Source: a plasmid
Sequence record: NZ_CP148139.1
Direction: 5' to 3' (one strand)
DNA length: 64,000 nucleotides
In this document: positions 1 through 10,803 of the stretch, one piece after another
Layout of the letters: each line of letters begins with the position of its first letter
Numbering within the stretch: position 1 is the first letter of the stretch
Notes under the pieces: model-generated
Told to the model about the DNA's origin: nothing
The model's input: the letters and a program-made list of their open reading frames with translations, nothing else
Databases searched by the model: none
Program-made: the position numbers and the translations under genes

Positions 1-1649
1 ACTTGAAATTTGTAGTTGGTATTCTTTCTATTAAATCTTTTTGACCTTGAATATTGATAGTCCGTAATGCAATGTTATGGTTCGCATTTATACTAACTTG
101 TTCTTTTTTCGCTTCAGAGCCAAGGGTAGCAACGTAGTCAGTGGTAGACTGTGAGGCAATGAATAACTTAAACCCTGCCCCTCTCCCTTTATTTTGAAGC
201 CGAATAACCTGATCGTTGATAACTTCAGCAGCTTCATCAATAAGAATATTTGTATCGCGTTTCTTTTCACCGCGCGGTTTTGCATAGTTATAAATATCAG
301 CCGCAACAGCAGTGATATCGCTTAGAAATATTGAGCCAACAGCGTTTCCTTTATCACCATCAGCAAGAGAATTAAGCCCTAAATACATCATCCCGTTTGT
401 ATTGATGATATCTTTCATATTAGTAATGACTCTTTCATCATCAATATTCTCACTGGACGGTGACAATACTTCATCTAACCCATCACTAGTTAACATGCTT
501 AATACAGGTAGTGCCGTTAATATCATCTTTTGGAAATGTTCACGATTATGCTGAAATAGGTCAATTCCACTTTTAATGAATGTATATTCCTTAATTTTTG
601 CAATATCATTCAGATAGATAGTGATTCTTATTCCGGCATGGTTCTCGATAGTTCCTGTCGTTCTAGTCATTGATTGATGTTCTAGTCTACGATCAAGAAG
701 TGAGTCGTATACATCAGGAAATAGCTCATATCCTAATTTGTCGATTGCTTTAACAAGTAATTCAGCAAAATTACCCAAATTAGTACCAAGCTGTGCTTTT
801 ATATTTACAAGAGTAGGCTTTACGTTTGCGAAATTCATCAACTGCACAATAGTTGTCAACGTCATTGTCGCAAATGAAATAAATGGATCAGTTGTGTTAT
901 CAGCCTTCTGGATAACGGAAATAATACGGCTGGCTACTTCAGTTGAGTTGGAATAATTTGATATTGGTGAAATCCGGTTGGATTTATCCAAGTGTGCAAT
1001 GGAAAGATAATAAAAATCATCTTCTCGTTCCATTAGTTTCATGCACTTGTACATATAATCAGCAAGTTCCTCATCATTTTTAGGGTCAATTAGAATAAGA
1101 GGTTGCCGTTTTAAAGCAGCTTGCAGAATAAGTAATTTGTAAAGAGTCGTTTTACCGGAACCCGTAGTACCAGTTAATGACGTATGTAGCGTCATTAAGT
1201 CGTCAGGTACGCTGATCCACTCATTTGAATTCCCTAATTTATGAATCCAACCGTGCCCCATGCTTTCATGATCATTAGGTAAAAACCTGTCAGCAACACC
1301 ACTTTTTAAAATTTCATATGCCCGTTGTCCATGCTCATGCCGCCATGTAAAGCCTTTACCTATCAATGTCGTGTCGCGATTGTTCATCATTTCTTTGACA
1401 ACATCATAGGCTGAAGTAAACGTAGGAGCCGGTCTGGTTTTTAGGTTTTTATGCAAGACTGCAATTTTAATTGCATTTGGTAATGATTTCATAGCGAAAA
1501 TGCTTTGTATCGCAGCAGCAGATAGCGTAGCAGTTAGAGGCATTGATAGATATGTACCAACACCGACCGTAGCTAATACACCGGTTCCCCAACCACAAAC
1601 TTCATACATCTCGTAGTTAGTACGAAATGGCATTAAATGTTTCCAATCA
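1..1649 (-). CDS. traD: Type IV coupling protein (TraD/VirD4-like ATPase), N-terminal ~549 aa only; C-terminus lies beyond window start
   Basis: Continuous minus-strand frame from ATG 1649 (MSDWKHLMPFRTNYEMYEVCGWGTGVLATVGVG...) to position 1 (my own translation); N-terminal TM segment; Walker A LTGTTGSGKTT; ILIDPKND motif; Walker B NILIDEAAE; begins 2 nt after relaxase stop. Confidence 0.6.
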
Positions 1650-1650
1650 C

Positions 1651-4161
1651 TCATTGTTTTTCTCGCATAAATTGAAGTCCAAAATGGCTGTTGTAGCTTT
1701 CAAACCTAACAGCCATGATTTGTTTGAATGTCGTTTGAGACACCCCCAACTTAGCAGATATTTCAATAAGTTCTGTCCGACTCAACTCTATATATTGAAT
1801 CGTTTTAAATTGGTTTTCTGAAATGTCGTTTTCATTGTGAATAGAAAATATGACATCTTCAATTAATGAAGTTGCTAAGTCAGGAATGACTGGATTTAAC
1901 ATTTGTTCAATTTCAGAAAATCCAGTGATGATAAATACATCAATGAGTAATTCTTTTTTCAAAACAAGATAGAAATTTGATCTTAAAAGCACCAGCGCTT
2001 CATCATCTTTAGAACGCGATGCTTGAGGGCTTCTGGCTTTCCATGCCGAGGGTATTTCGAGTTTATCATCAACCAGTAAGTGATTTTGATTTATGTTACT
2101 AATTAACTGCTCTTTTGAAAGCCCTAATAGATATATTTCAAAAGCCTCTCGGATATGCAGATCGGCTGTAATATAGATATCGCTATGCATCCCCTTTTGA
2201 GTTGTAATCTCTACGGAGTCTGTGTCATCAAGTTTCACGTCTGCAAACAATGATTTCTGCTCAGATAATTGAGTAGCTACTGGTATATCAGTCAGTGATT
2301 TCATTGGTAGTGCTACTGACGGTTTACTCATGGCAATAATCCGTTCTTTTAACCCTATGTTGTGTTTATGGGTTATCTCAGGAGCAGGATTGCCTACTGG
2401 CAGTGTACTACCACCCTGTATCATGAGATCACATGCTGCTATAACCTGAACTTCAGGTACTTCAACGGCTTGTTCATTGCATACCGGCTCGATAATGGCT
2501 AGTTCTTCAAGTGTTTCCATTATGCTAGTTACATTATCAGATTCTGGATATGTATCATTTATTATTTTATCTACGATATCAATCGGTTGATGCTTATTAT
2601 CTTTGTTTTCGATAGTAGGTTCAGTTTTTTCGCCTGTGATTTCTACATTAGTTCCTGTTTTTGGTTCAAAACTAACCCAACTCGTTTCGTTTTTGACATA
2701 AACAGATGCATGTGTTGGTTTTATATTCTCGCCAAATAGTAATTCGTCTGAAGCTAGTTTCACGCAGTAAAAGAACGTGTCTGGATCTTTTATAAACGAC
2801 GGAGATTTGAGTAACTTTTTTGGGGCAATCTTCCAATAGAGTGAACCTCTTGGCGCTTCAATGATTACATCATGAGCTAATAGTATCTCACCTAAACTAT
2901 CTGCTGATTGTGGGATAAAAATTCCAAGGTTTTTTATCTCTTTGCATAATTCTTCAGCGGCACTAGCCCAAATAATGTAGACCCCATCTGGCGTTGACCA
3001 AATCGGACTTGGAGGAACGTTTGGGGTCCAACGACCTGATGATATAAATTGGCGCATAGTATCAACCAGACGCTGAATTGTTGATACACCAGAACCGGCA
3101 GCGCGTATCGCATCACCTGATGTCAATTTGAGGTCATTTGCAACAGAGGCTCGGTCTGCGAGTAACAGAATATTAAACAACTGATTGCCATTGATTGCTT
3201 TTTTATCCGCCTGTTCCATGTTATCGCTGTTAGAAATTGCCTCTATGACTTTGAAATATAGGTTTTTACTATTTTGTTGAAGTAGTTCTATCACTTTCGC
3301 AGGAACAATTTTATCAATAAGCGAAGGTGCTATAATTCTATGATTATTATGTCTTTTCTTGTTCCACTGTAAAAAATACCTTTCTATGTCGTGTTCAACA
3401 GCCCAATGAAACAGGTTTTTTCCACTAGGTTTCCACTGATATACACCAGTCTGATCCCAAATTTCATAGTCAGACACTGGTTTACCAATGTCGTGCAGTA
3501 ATGCAGTTACAGCCACTGCAAGACGCCATTTCAAAGCGTTAGCAGACCGTTCTTCAGGGGTTTCATTGCTATCAAAGTCCGTGGTCTTTGTGTGCTTAAC
3601 TGCGATGTAACAGACTTCTAAACTGTGACGTAAAAGCCCTCCTTGAGCTCTGTGGTGATGTGCTTCAGAAGCCGGTAGTAAGTGTATAAAATCAGCAGTA
3701 TTACATAGTAGTGGCATGACCAATTCATCAAATAGCTCACCGATTTGCATTTCTCTTTTGATTTTTGTGATCATTTCCGCTTGGGTTTTAATCAGCAATT
3801 GTTTTCCGCTGATTCTTGCAGGATATCCTTCAATTTTTGGCGGATATCCAATCGGCATTTTGAATGTTTCTATTTGAGATTTAATATCATCCGGAATTTC
3901 AATCTCACCTTTTTGAAGTATGGAATGCTGTGATTCCTGCATATCTGGCGATGTTGACACATCTACTGAGAAGGGATCTTTCCCTGATTTCAGTATGGAT
4001 TTTAACCAGTTTATAAACATTCGGTGAACCTGCTTCTCTAAATTTTTAAGATTATTTGATGCAACAATGTTACCTGTTTTTAAATTTGCAATTTCATAAT
4101 TAGAACCGTTTTGCATTGTTATATCGGGAAAAACTGCACCTAAATAGTTCATACTCACCAC
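1651..4161 (-). CDS. traI: MOBH-family conjugative relaxase (TraI-like, HD-hydrolase / 3H motif)
   Basis: 836 aa ORF; motifs EAHHHRAQGGLLRHSLEV and LLHDIGKP typical of MOBH relaxases of SXT/IncC/IncHI-type elements; followed by coupling protein gene. Confidence 0.75.
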   Translation of the reverse strand: MVSMNYLGAVFPDITMQNGSNYEIANLKTGNIVASNNLKNLEKQVHRMFINWLKSILKSGKDPFSVDVSTSPDMQESQHSILQKGEIEIPDDIKSQIETFKMPIGYPPKIEGYPARISGKQLLIKTQAEMITKIKREMQIGELFDELVMPLLCNTADFIHLLPASEAHHHRAQGGLLRHSLEVCYIAVKHTKTTDFDSNETPEERSANALKWRLAVAVTALLHDIGKPVSDYEIWDQTGVYQWKPSGKNLFHWAVEHDIERYFLQWNKKRHNNHRIIAPSLIDKIVPAKVIELLQQNSKNLYFKVIEAISNSDNMEQADKKAINGNQLFNILLLADRASVANDLKLTSGDAIRAAGSGVSTIQRLVDTMRQFISSGRWTPNVPPSPIWSTPDGVYIIWASAAEELCKEIKNLGIFIPQSADSLGEILLAHDVIIEAPRGSLYWKIAPKKLLKSPSFIKDPDTFFYCVKLASDELLFGENIKPTHASVYVKNETSWVSFEPKTGTNVEITGEKTEPTIENKDNKHQPIDIVDKIINDTYPESDNVTSIMETLEELAIIEPVCNEQAVEVPEVQVIAACDLMIQGGSTLPVGNPAPEITHKHNIGLKERIIAMSKPSVALPMKSLTDIPVATQLSEQKSLFADVKLDDTDSVEITTQKGMHSDIYITADLHIREAFEIYLLGLSKEQLISNINQNHLLVDDKLEIPSAWKARSPQASRSKDDEALVLLRSNFYLVLKKELLIDVFIITGFSEIEQMLNPVIPDLATSLIEDVIFSIHNENDISENQFKTIQYIELSRTELIEISAKLGVSQTTFKQIMAVRFESYNSHFGLQFMREKQ

Positions 4162-4182
4162 GATCTTCAGTGAGGAACTTAG

Positions 4183-4824
4183 ATGAAAAAGTCATTTATA
4201 TTTTGTTGTCTGCTTGCAACATCCTTATCAGGTTGTAGTAGCGCAGATAAGCCCATATTTGGGTGTGGAAATTATGTAAAAACATCCACGATTAGCATTG
4301 AATCGGGTTATGGCAGTACAGCGAATGACGTAATTGATAAGCAAATTGCTCGAAAAGCAGTAACGGCTACTTATCCTGCTGACTATACATATCGCGAAAA
4401 TTGGAAAGATACGAATAGAGGTGGCGCATCATTGCGACAGCAAGGTTACAGGCACGTAATTGCATCACCATACGAGATCTACGACCAAGGTAAAAAACAT
4501 ATTCCTGTGGACCGTAGCTTTCATACAGACCTGTTAATAAGTAGTTTAGCTCGCAGTAGTTCATCGAACGTTTATACCAAACCTGAATTACCATCGTTCT
4601 GTGGTGAAAATTCACGAAATTATTTTCTGAAGGAAACGCCTGAGAATAAAAAATCTCGGAATGAATATATTCGTATCAAAGAAAAATACTGTTCTGATCC
4701 AGAGTATAAATTAACTAATGAAGAATTAGTTATTTTACAAAATGGAGAGCCTGACTCTCTCAAAAACTATCGAATGAAAATCTATATTGATAACCAAAAC
4801 GAACCATCACCTGCAATAAAGTAG
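4183..4824 (+). CDS. Hypothetical lipoprotein
   Basis: 213 aa; signal peptide with lipobox LSGC; no recognisable catalytic motifs. Confidence 0.45.
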   Translation: MKKSFIFCCLLATSLSGCSSADKPIFGCGNYVKTSTISIESGYGSTANDVIDKQIARKAVTATYPADYTYRENWKDTNRGGASLRQQGYRHVIASPYEIYDQGKKHIPVDRSFHTDLLISSLARSSSSNVYTKPELPSFCGENSRNYFLKETPENKKSRNEYIRIKEKYCSDPEYKLTNEELVILQNGEPDSLKNYRMKIYIDNQNEPSPAIK

Positions 4825-4840
4825 AAAGGTATTTTTCATT

Positions 4841-5647
4841 ATGAATAAATTATCAACGTATCAAAAATCAGTGATTGCACTTTTAACTACAATAGTTGGC
4901 GTAGGAATAACCAGTACCTATTTAACCACAAGTGAGCTAAAGCAAACTAATATACTATTGGCTTCGTCAATTACTATTCAAAATGCTACAAAAACAGAAA
5001 GTGCTGGTGTAAACCAGTCTTTAAGAAAAATTTTGTCACTGTCCGAAAATACTGAGCCGGTGCAACAGCCTGAAGCGCAACCTGAAGAACCAGATCTCAA
5101 TCTTTCTCAGGTCCAGCTTGATTCCAACACACTAACTTATGGCAATGAAAATGCAAGATTTTCACTTGTAACATATATGGATTTCCAATGTCCATATTGC
5201 CAACGTTTCGCGTCTACTCCTAAAACATTAGTTGATAAAGCGAACGGTGGCTTAGTCAATTGGAAATGGAAAAACAGCCCTCTGCCATTCCACGAGCCGA
5301 ATGCTACGGATTATGCCGTGAAAATGCTCTGCGCTGGCGCTCAAAACACTGACAATCACTGGAAGATCATATCAATGTGGGGGAATCATGAAATTGATTT
5401 TGCTACCGCAGATATGGTCGGAATGTTTGAGTTAGACCCTGTTGCGTATAACACATGCCTTAAAACCGATTCTGTTAAGTTAATTTTAGATAAAGACAAG
5501 GCAGAAAGTCGTGCTCTTGGTGTTTCAGGCACTCCTACAACTGTAATAGTTGATAACAAAACTGGAGAAAAACGTGTGATCGAAGGTGCTGTGCCTATGG
5601 ATATGTTTGTAAACACCATCGAAGCCATGATGAAAAAATCACAATAA
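4841..5647 (+). CDS. Thioredoxin-fold thiol:disulfide oxidoreductase (DsbA/DsbC-like), membrane-anchored
   Basis: 268 aa; N-terminal TM helix; CPYC active-site motif (FQCPYCQRF); such dsb genes are common in MPF-F type transfer regions. Confidence 0.65.
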   Translation: MNKLSTYQKSVIALLTTIVGVGITSTYLTTSELKQTNILLASSITIQNATKTESAGVNQSLRKILSLSENTEPVQQPEAQPEEPDLNLSQVQLDSNTLTYGNENARFSLVTYMDFQCPYCQRFASTPKTLVDKANGGLVNWKWKNSPLPFHEPNATDYAVKMLCAGAQNTDNHWKIISMWGNHEIDFATADMVGMFELDPVAYNTCLKTDSVKLILDKDKAESRALGVSGTPTTVIVDNKTGEKRVIEGAVPMDMFVNTIEAMMKKSQ

Positions 5648-5759
5648 ACCAATTCGTTTTACCAACCTTATAAAAGATAAATATTAATTAGTAAATGTAA
5701 AATCCACGTTGATAGTAGTTTGCTGTCAATTTAATACTGTAAATATAGAAGGGTTAGAT

Positions 5760-6119
5760 ATGCAATTAGTAAAAACATGTGCCATGCCGAAAATTGATAC
5801 CAAAAAAGTGCTTTTCGTGGTTTTAGCAGTGTTATGTGTAGCGGCACTGGCAGTTATGTTTGCCTATGGCAAAGGAACCGAGCAATCCGGTTTCAAAGAA
5901 GTATGGATGCAAATCACTGCATATATGCAGGGCTCATTAGGTCGTGTGTTAGTGGGGCTGATTGTCGTTGTTGGTATTGCGGCGGCGGTTGTTCGTCAGT
6001 CGTTAATGACCTTTGCTGTGGCTGTTGGTGCGGCAATTGGTCTGTACTATGCTCCGGACATCATCAACGGTATCATGACTTCTTCAGTAGCTGTTACAAC
6101 AGTTCTGCCAGTCTTATAA
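5760..6119 (+). CDS. Small membrane protein, possibly conjugative pilin-like (TraA/TrbC-type)
   Basis: ~119 aa from internal ATG (MQLVKTCAMPK...); hydrophobic leader then two long hydrophobic helices; the ORF track gives an upstream alternative start at 5709. Confidence 0.35.
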   Translation: MQLVKTCAMPKIDTKKVLFVVLAVLCVAALAVMFAYGKGTEQSGFKEVWMQITAYMQGSLGRVLVGLIVVVGIAAAVVRQSLMTFAVAVGAAIGLYYAPDIINGIMTSSVAVTTVLPVL

Positions 6120-6139
6120 TACTTTGGTTGTATTTTTTG

Positions 6140-6175
6140 AAAAATAAAGCCGTATTTTATACGGCTTTATTTCGT
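6140..6175. terminator. Bidirectional rho-independent terminator between convergent genes
   Basis: Hairpin aaagccgtat-tttat-acggcttt flanked by A/T runs on both strands. Confidence 0.5.
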
Positions 6176-6180
6176 TAAGC

Positions 6181-7122
6181 CTATCCTAAACGCTGAATAA
6201 TAATATCATTTATATGATTTTTTAATACTTCAGCCACTTCACTGATTGGTGTGGGATTGAGTTCTTCAGAAATCCCACTTGAATACAAGTCCAGTTGACA
6301 CTCTCCATTTTTAAAGAGAAAGCCAGACTCATATTCTTTGTCACTGTTTAGCACTGCCGTTTGATAGCTTAAAGCACTATCAGCGATTAATAATCTATTT
6401 TTTAATACCGGATAACATATACCGAATTCTTCCATGACTGGCTGTGATTCTTTGCTTACAAAAATTTCAACGCGCCATGCTCCATACTGATATTCTTTAG
6501 GTTTATAAATTCGTACTTGGCAGTATTTTGTTTCCGCATCGTTGTCACGAACAGGGAGAGGCTGAATCCCTTTTAACTCACGAATAGCATTTATATCTTC
6601 CATGTACTCATAATAACGACCCTCAAGTTTAAATTTATTGAAGATCCTATTTTCTGCTTCCTTCACTTGTTCTTGGGTAGTACCAGCTAATTCACAGAAA
6701 AGAGCAAACCAAAGAGAACTGGCAGTAAGAACAGGGACGTTGCTATTGCCAAACATTGTCTGACGCGCTCTATGTAATATGTACTTTCCGTTATTAATCA
6801 GAACACTCTCTAGTTGACGGCTATCCTTTATCTTCAGTATTTCACACATGGCAATTTTTTTAGGTGTTGTCATAAAGTTGTCTATCGGAATACTCTTAAC
6901 AGTTGTACCTAGTTCTCTTGCTAAAATTTCGTCATATGCAGCAACCAGAGAACTTGAGGCGGCATATTGGTCATATCTATTTTGAAATATTTCTTCTAAT
7001 TTATTTCGAATAAAAGTAGATTTTGGTATACCGGCTGCGGCTGCGAGCTGAGTAATCACTTTATCTACTGCCGCAGAGTTGCCACGTATGGTATAGTCGA
7101 TAGTGTCATTTGAAACTGACAT
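6181..7122 (-). CDS. Hypothetical protein
   Basis: 313 aa ORF, no recognisable motifs. Confidence 0.45.
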   Translation of the reverse strand: MSVSNDTIDYTIRGNSAAVDKVITQLAAAAGIPKSTFIRNKLEEIFQNRYDQYAASSSLVAAYDEILARELGTTVKSIPIDNFMTTPKKIAMCEILKIKDSRQLESVLINNGKYILHRARQTMFGNSNVPVLTASSLWFALFCELAGTTQEQVKEAENRIFNKFKLEGRYYEYMEDINAIRELKGIQPLPVRDNDAETKYCQVRIYKPKEYQYGAWRVEIFVSKESQPVMEEFGICYPVLKNRLLIADSALSYQTAVLNSDKEYESGFLFKNGECQLDLYSSGISEELNPTPISEVAEVLKNHINDIIIQRLG

Positions 7123-7387
7123 AGTTGTTCCCCTTTTGTGGGTTTAAATACAGCCGGTTCATATAAACTTTGCGGTAGTTATGAACCGGCTTTCGCAAAA
7201 TCATCAAAACAATACATAGTTGACGATTCTGTAAATCGTATACTATCACTTGGTATGATGATTCGCCAGCTTTGTTTTCTCTAATGCATGTCTAAACCGC
7301 TAACGCATTGAATATATGCAGTATTAATCCATTTTAATGTTTTGGTTCCCCTAGGATTTCATTGCCCTCCAAAGTGATTTAATTTCT

Positions 7388-8965
7388 ATGATATTCTCCA
7401 TTCCAGCTAATAGTAATGGATTAATAGATATGCCAAAAATCACTCTTTCTCAAGAACAAGAAGCCATTTTAGCCTCTGAAGAAAAGTATATTTGCTGTCA
7501 GGCTTATGCAGGTTCAGGAAAAACGTTCATATTGACTCAACTGGCAAAGCGTAATCCGGATAAACGTATTCTGTACTTAGCCTATAACAAGGGCATACAG
7601 ACTGAGGCATCACAAAAATTCCCGTCAAATACCAAAGTGATCACCACTCATGCAATGGCATATCGGTATTTGAAAAACTTGAAGTTCAAAATGAAGTTTA
7701 ATTTCAATGGGTTCGATGTTGCGAGGCTGCTTAATATTACCTCTGTTCAATTACAATTCCTCATAATTGAGACTCTAAATAATTATTATAGGTCCGCTGA
7801 TTATTCGTTACAGATACATCACGTTCCAACAGAGAATACAGGGAATGGTAAAAAACATGCTGAAAATGTTAAGAAAAGCGCACTAGAAAATGCAAAACTC
7901 ATTTTTGAATTACAAGCTGATCCTAAAAGTGACTTTCCTGCTCCCCCTGACTTTTACATAAAATATTTTCAGTTGGTCGCCCCTCCTCTACATACATGGT
8001 TCGACATCATTTTGTTTGATGAAGCTCAGGATGCCAACTTAGTAACAAAGGCATTGCTAGATAAATGTGAATGCAAACGAATCTTTGTAGGTGATACGCA
8101 CCAGATGATCAACCGCTGGCGTGGGGCAAATGATGCCCTAGATGCATCTGTACGTGATGGAGCTCAGATATTGCGTCTAACCACGTCATATCGGTTTGGA
8201 CGATGTGTGGCTGCTATTGCAAATGCCATACTGATGTTAAAAGGAGAGACTGTAAGCCTTAAAACGACAGGTATTATTGATAGGCTCATAAGTAAAGCTG
8301 AAGTCAAGAGTATCTTCCCTAGAACTGTGATTTCACGCACCAATCTATCTGTGTTGATCAATGCAATTGACGCTGGAAGATGCGGTAAAAAAGTGTTCTT
8401 CGTAGGTGGTATTGATAGGTATGCTTTAGACGATATTGCTGATTTTTACTATCTGTATATCGGCAATACTAAAATGATTAAGAGAAAAGCATTTTTATAC
8501 GACTATCCAAATTGGGATCGGGTTGTAAGTGTTGCAGAGAACTCAGGCGACAATACGTTGAAAAGGACGATACACCTAATTGAAAATGAGCCTGATATTC
8601 TAGAGCTGGTAGATAAAATTAAAGAAGCAGCAGTTAATAATTACAATGATGCTGATTTAACGCTTGTAACTGCACATTCATCGAAAGGACTTGAATGGGA
8701 ATATATTGAGATTGATGATGATTATGTTTCATTAGTTGAATATATTGAGAAAACACCAAAACAAAAACAGAATCTAATATTTATTAATGATGAATTAAAT
8801 TTGTTATACGTTGCAGTAACAAGAGCCACGAAAGCCTTGTCTATATCAATGGTAATCATGGAAATAATTTTGTTAATTAAAAAAAGAAAAAATAAAAACA
8901 TTCCGATACCTATAGTCACTCCAATAGAGTTATTTTTATTTATTAATCAGAGGTGTGTTATTTGA
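7388..8965 (+). CDS. Superfamily-1 UvrD/PcrA-like DNA helicase (short form)
   Basis: 525 aa; Walker A AYAGSGKTF; DEAQD Walker B (ILFDEAQDAN); motif VI region TAHSSKGLEWEYIEI and VAVTRATKAL. Confidence 0.7.
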   Translation: MIFSIPANSNGLIDMPKITLSQEQEAILASEEKYICCQAYAGSGKTFILTQLAKRNPDKRILYLAYNKGIQTEASQKFPSNTKVITTHAMAYRYLKNLKFKMKFNFNGFDVARLLNITSVQLQFLIIETLNNYYRSADYSLQIHHVPTENTGNGKKHAENVKKSALENAKLIFELQADPKSDFPAPPDFYIKYFQLVAPPLHTWFDIILFDEAQDANLVTKALLDKCECKRIFVGDTHQMINRWRGANDALDASVRDGAQILRLTTSYRFGRCVAAIANAILMLKGETVSLKTTGIIDRLISKAEVKSIFPRTVISRTNLSVLINAIDAGRCGKKVFFVGGIDRYALDDIADFYYLYIGNTKMIKRKAFLYDYPNWDRVVSVAENSGDNTLKRTIHLIENEPDILELVDKIKEAAVNNYNDADLTLVTAHSSKGLEWEYIEIDDDYVSLVEYIEKTPKQKQNLIFINDELNLLYVAVTRATKALSISMVIMEIILLIKKRKNKNIPIPIVTPIELFLFINQRCVI

Positions 8966-9060
8966 AAAAATATATAAATGCCGATAATAACCATTATTTT
9001 TTAGTCTAAAAATAGTTGTATCGGCAAGGTTAGCTTTTCAAGTTAATGAAGGTATAGTAA

Positions 9061-10137
9061 TTATTCGGTAATTCTATTCTCACCAACTTTAAAATCCGGA
9101 TTTGCTTCAAAAGAGAAACGCCACAGCCCAAGAACGCTTCCTTTATAATCTACAGGGATTTTGACTGAAAAAACGTCAGGTTCTGCTCCAGAGGTAATAG
9201 CTGTTACTTCCTGCTCATAGACGGTATGTTCATTAAATGCTTCAGTTATCATAGAACTTAGATTACCAAGTATTGAAAATCCATTTTTTTCAAAGCCCTC
9301 CATAGATTGGGGGACAAATGAATAACGAACACTCTGTAACGTATTACTCTGAGTCATTACTGCTTCTGGTTCACCACACTCCCACTGACCGAATCTCATA
9401 AGATAGAAAGCTATATTTTTTTCATTGTGATCAATAATTTCTTCTCCATCACAATACATTTTCACATCACCACAGACAAAATGCGCATAATTGTCATCAT
9501 TGATAGAAATCTCTTGTGTATTATCTGCTACTAGTTCGATGATAAGTGGAGGCTTTGTTGCAATCATTACATCACCAAGCATTGCCATTTCACTGTTTCC
9601 TAAAGAATGCAAAGCACATGTTTCATATTTCGTTTTGCGCTCAATAAATGAAGTTACCGGTAGTAAAGTCCACATTCTTAGACAACGGTAGTATATTGCA
9701 AAAAAGAGAGGTATCTGGTTTATTTCACTGTATCGCTGAAGTTTTTCAACATAATTCTTTGTAAGAAAATATGATGCTTTCGGGTTAGAATGATTACAAT
9801 TTTTCACTTCAACAAATACTTGTCTCCCATCTTTCAAAATGAGTCTGTAATCTGGTAACTTAATTTCGTCATCATCATAAATTACGTCACCTATATCTTC
9901 AGTTTTAATCAAACGACAACCATGCAGACCAGCGACTACTTGACCAAAACAAGATTCCATACGCTTGCCGTGAAGCAAAATTGTATTTTCCTGAGATACT
10001 TTGAGAGTATCACGAAAAACTTGCAGGAATTTTTCGGTATCTTCTTGTGATCTAAGTTTATAACCATGTTCACGGCTGAATGCTGTAAATACCTCTAGTG
10101 CTTCAAATTTTTCAGGGTTTCGTTCTAGGCGTTTCAT
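9061..10137 (-). CDS. Hypothetical protein with putative PD-(D/E)xK nuclease core
   Basis: 358 aa; PDYRLILKDGRQVFVEVKNC resembles D...(D/E)xK restriction-endonuclease-fold motif; C-terminal half unassigned. Confidence 0.45.
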   Translation of the reverse strand: MKRLERNPEKFEALEVFTAFSREHGYKLRSQEDTEKFLQVFRDTLKVSQENTILLHGKRMESCFGQVVAGLHGCRLIKTEDIGDVIYDDDEIKLPDYRLILKDGRQVFVEVKNCNHSNPKASYFLTKNYVEKLQRYSEINQIPLFFAIYYRCLRMWTLLPVTSFIERKTKYETCALHSLGNSEMAMLGDVMIATKPPLIIELVADNTQEISINDDNYAHFVCGDVKMYCDGEEIIDHNEKNIAFYLMRFGQWECGEPEAVMTQSNTLQSVRYSFVPQSMEGFEKNGFSILGNLSSMITEAFNEHTVYEQEVTAITSGAEPDVFSVKIPVDYKGSVLGLWRFSFEANPDFKVGENRITE

Positions 10138-10190
10138 AGTTTCTCACTGATGGTAAAACAGACAAAATACGATAAACATTAATTATCAGT

Positions 10191-10745
10191 TTATGTAGCT
10201 AAAAGCATTTCTAAATGATGTTTCACCAGAAATTTGAACATGACTCTATCATAACCGAGATATTGCTCGACTGATAAATTAGCAATGAATGCAGCTTCAG
10301 TCATTGTTATACCATTTGGATTCTGATCTAAACCTAAAATTCGCCTCATAGCCTCTGATTCTGCACCTCTCATGAGTGTAAACACTTCATCAGAGCAACG
10401 ATGTTCTGGAAGTAATTCCTTTGTAATTTTCAAGGGATTTACGCCAGCATGATAATTTGCTGTTTTGTCTCTCTCGATTAGGTTAATTCCTTGGTTTCCC
10501 TCGCGAAAATCAATTAAAGGGTCTATGACGGTATGAGCCTTTGTCTCGATCCATGAGTATTGCAAAATGCTGTTTGTGTAAGCTAAATCTGTCTCCGGAG
10601 TTTGGACCAGTTCTTGCTTATAGATACCAATCACAGCCTCGCCCTCAATGTATCCCTTTTTTAATAATTGTCGGCATAATAGATATGAATATGGGTACAT
10701 CTGAATATCGTCAGCTATTGTTCTCAGACTCGTGTATTTTTCCAT
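10191..10745 (-). CDS. Hypothetical protein (upstream partner of the 9061-10137 gene)
   Basis: 184 aa ORF; same strand, 53-bp gap to downstream gene. Confidence 0.4.
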   Translation of the reverse strand: MEKYTSLRTIADDIQMYPYSYLLCRQLLKKGYIEGEAVIGIYKQELVQTPETDLAYTNSILQYSWIETKAHTVIDPLIDFREGNQGINLIERDKTANYHAGVNPLKITKELLPEHRCSDEVFTLMRGAESEAMRRILGLDQNPNGITMTEAAFIANLSVEQYLGYDRVMFKFLVKHHLEMLLAT

Positions 10746-10755
10746 TTTGAATCCA

Positions 10756-10790
10756 AAAAAGCCCCAAAAAGGGGCTGTAAGGTAGTTTTG
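10756..10790 (-). terminator. Rho-independent terminator for the 11778-10804 gene
   Basis: On the minus strand: gcccctttttggggc hairpin followed by a T-run. Confidence 0.55.
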
Positions 10791-10803
10791 GGAGAGTTAA
10801 CGA

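Noticed and set aside
88-956. Small ORFs 88-306, 312-554, 738-956
   Set aside because: They lie inside the continuous minus-strand traD-like reading frame, which carries the Walker motifs.
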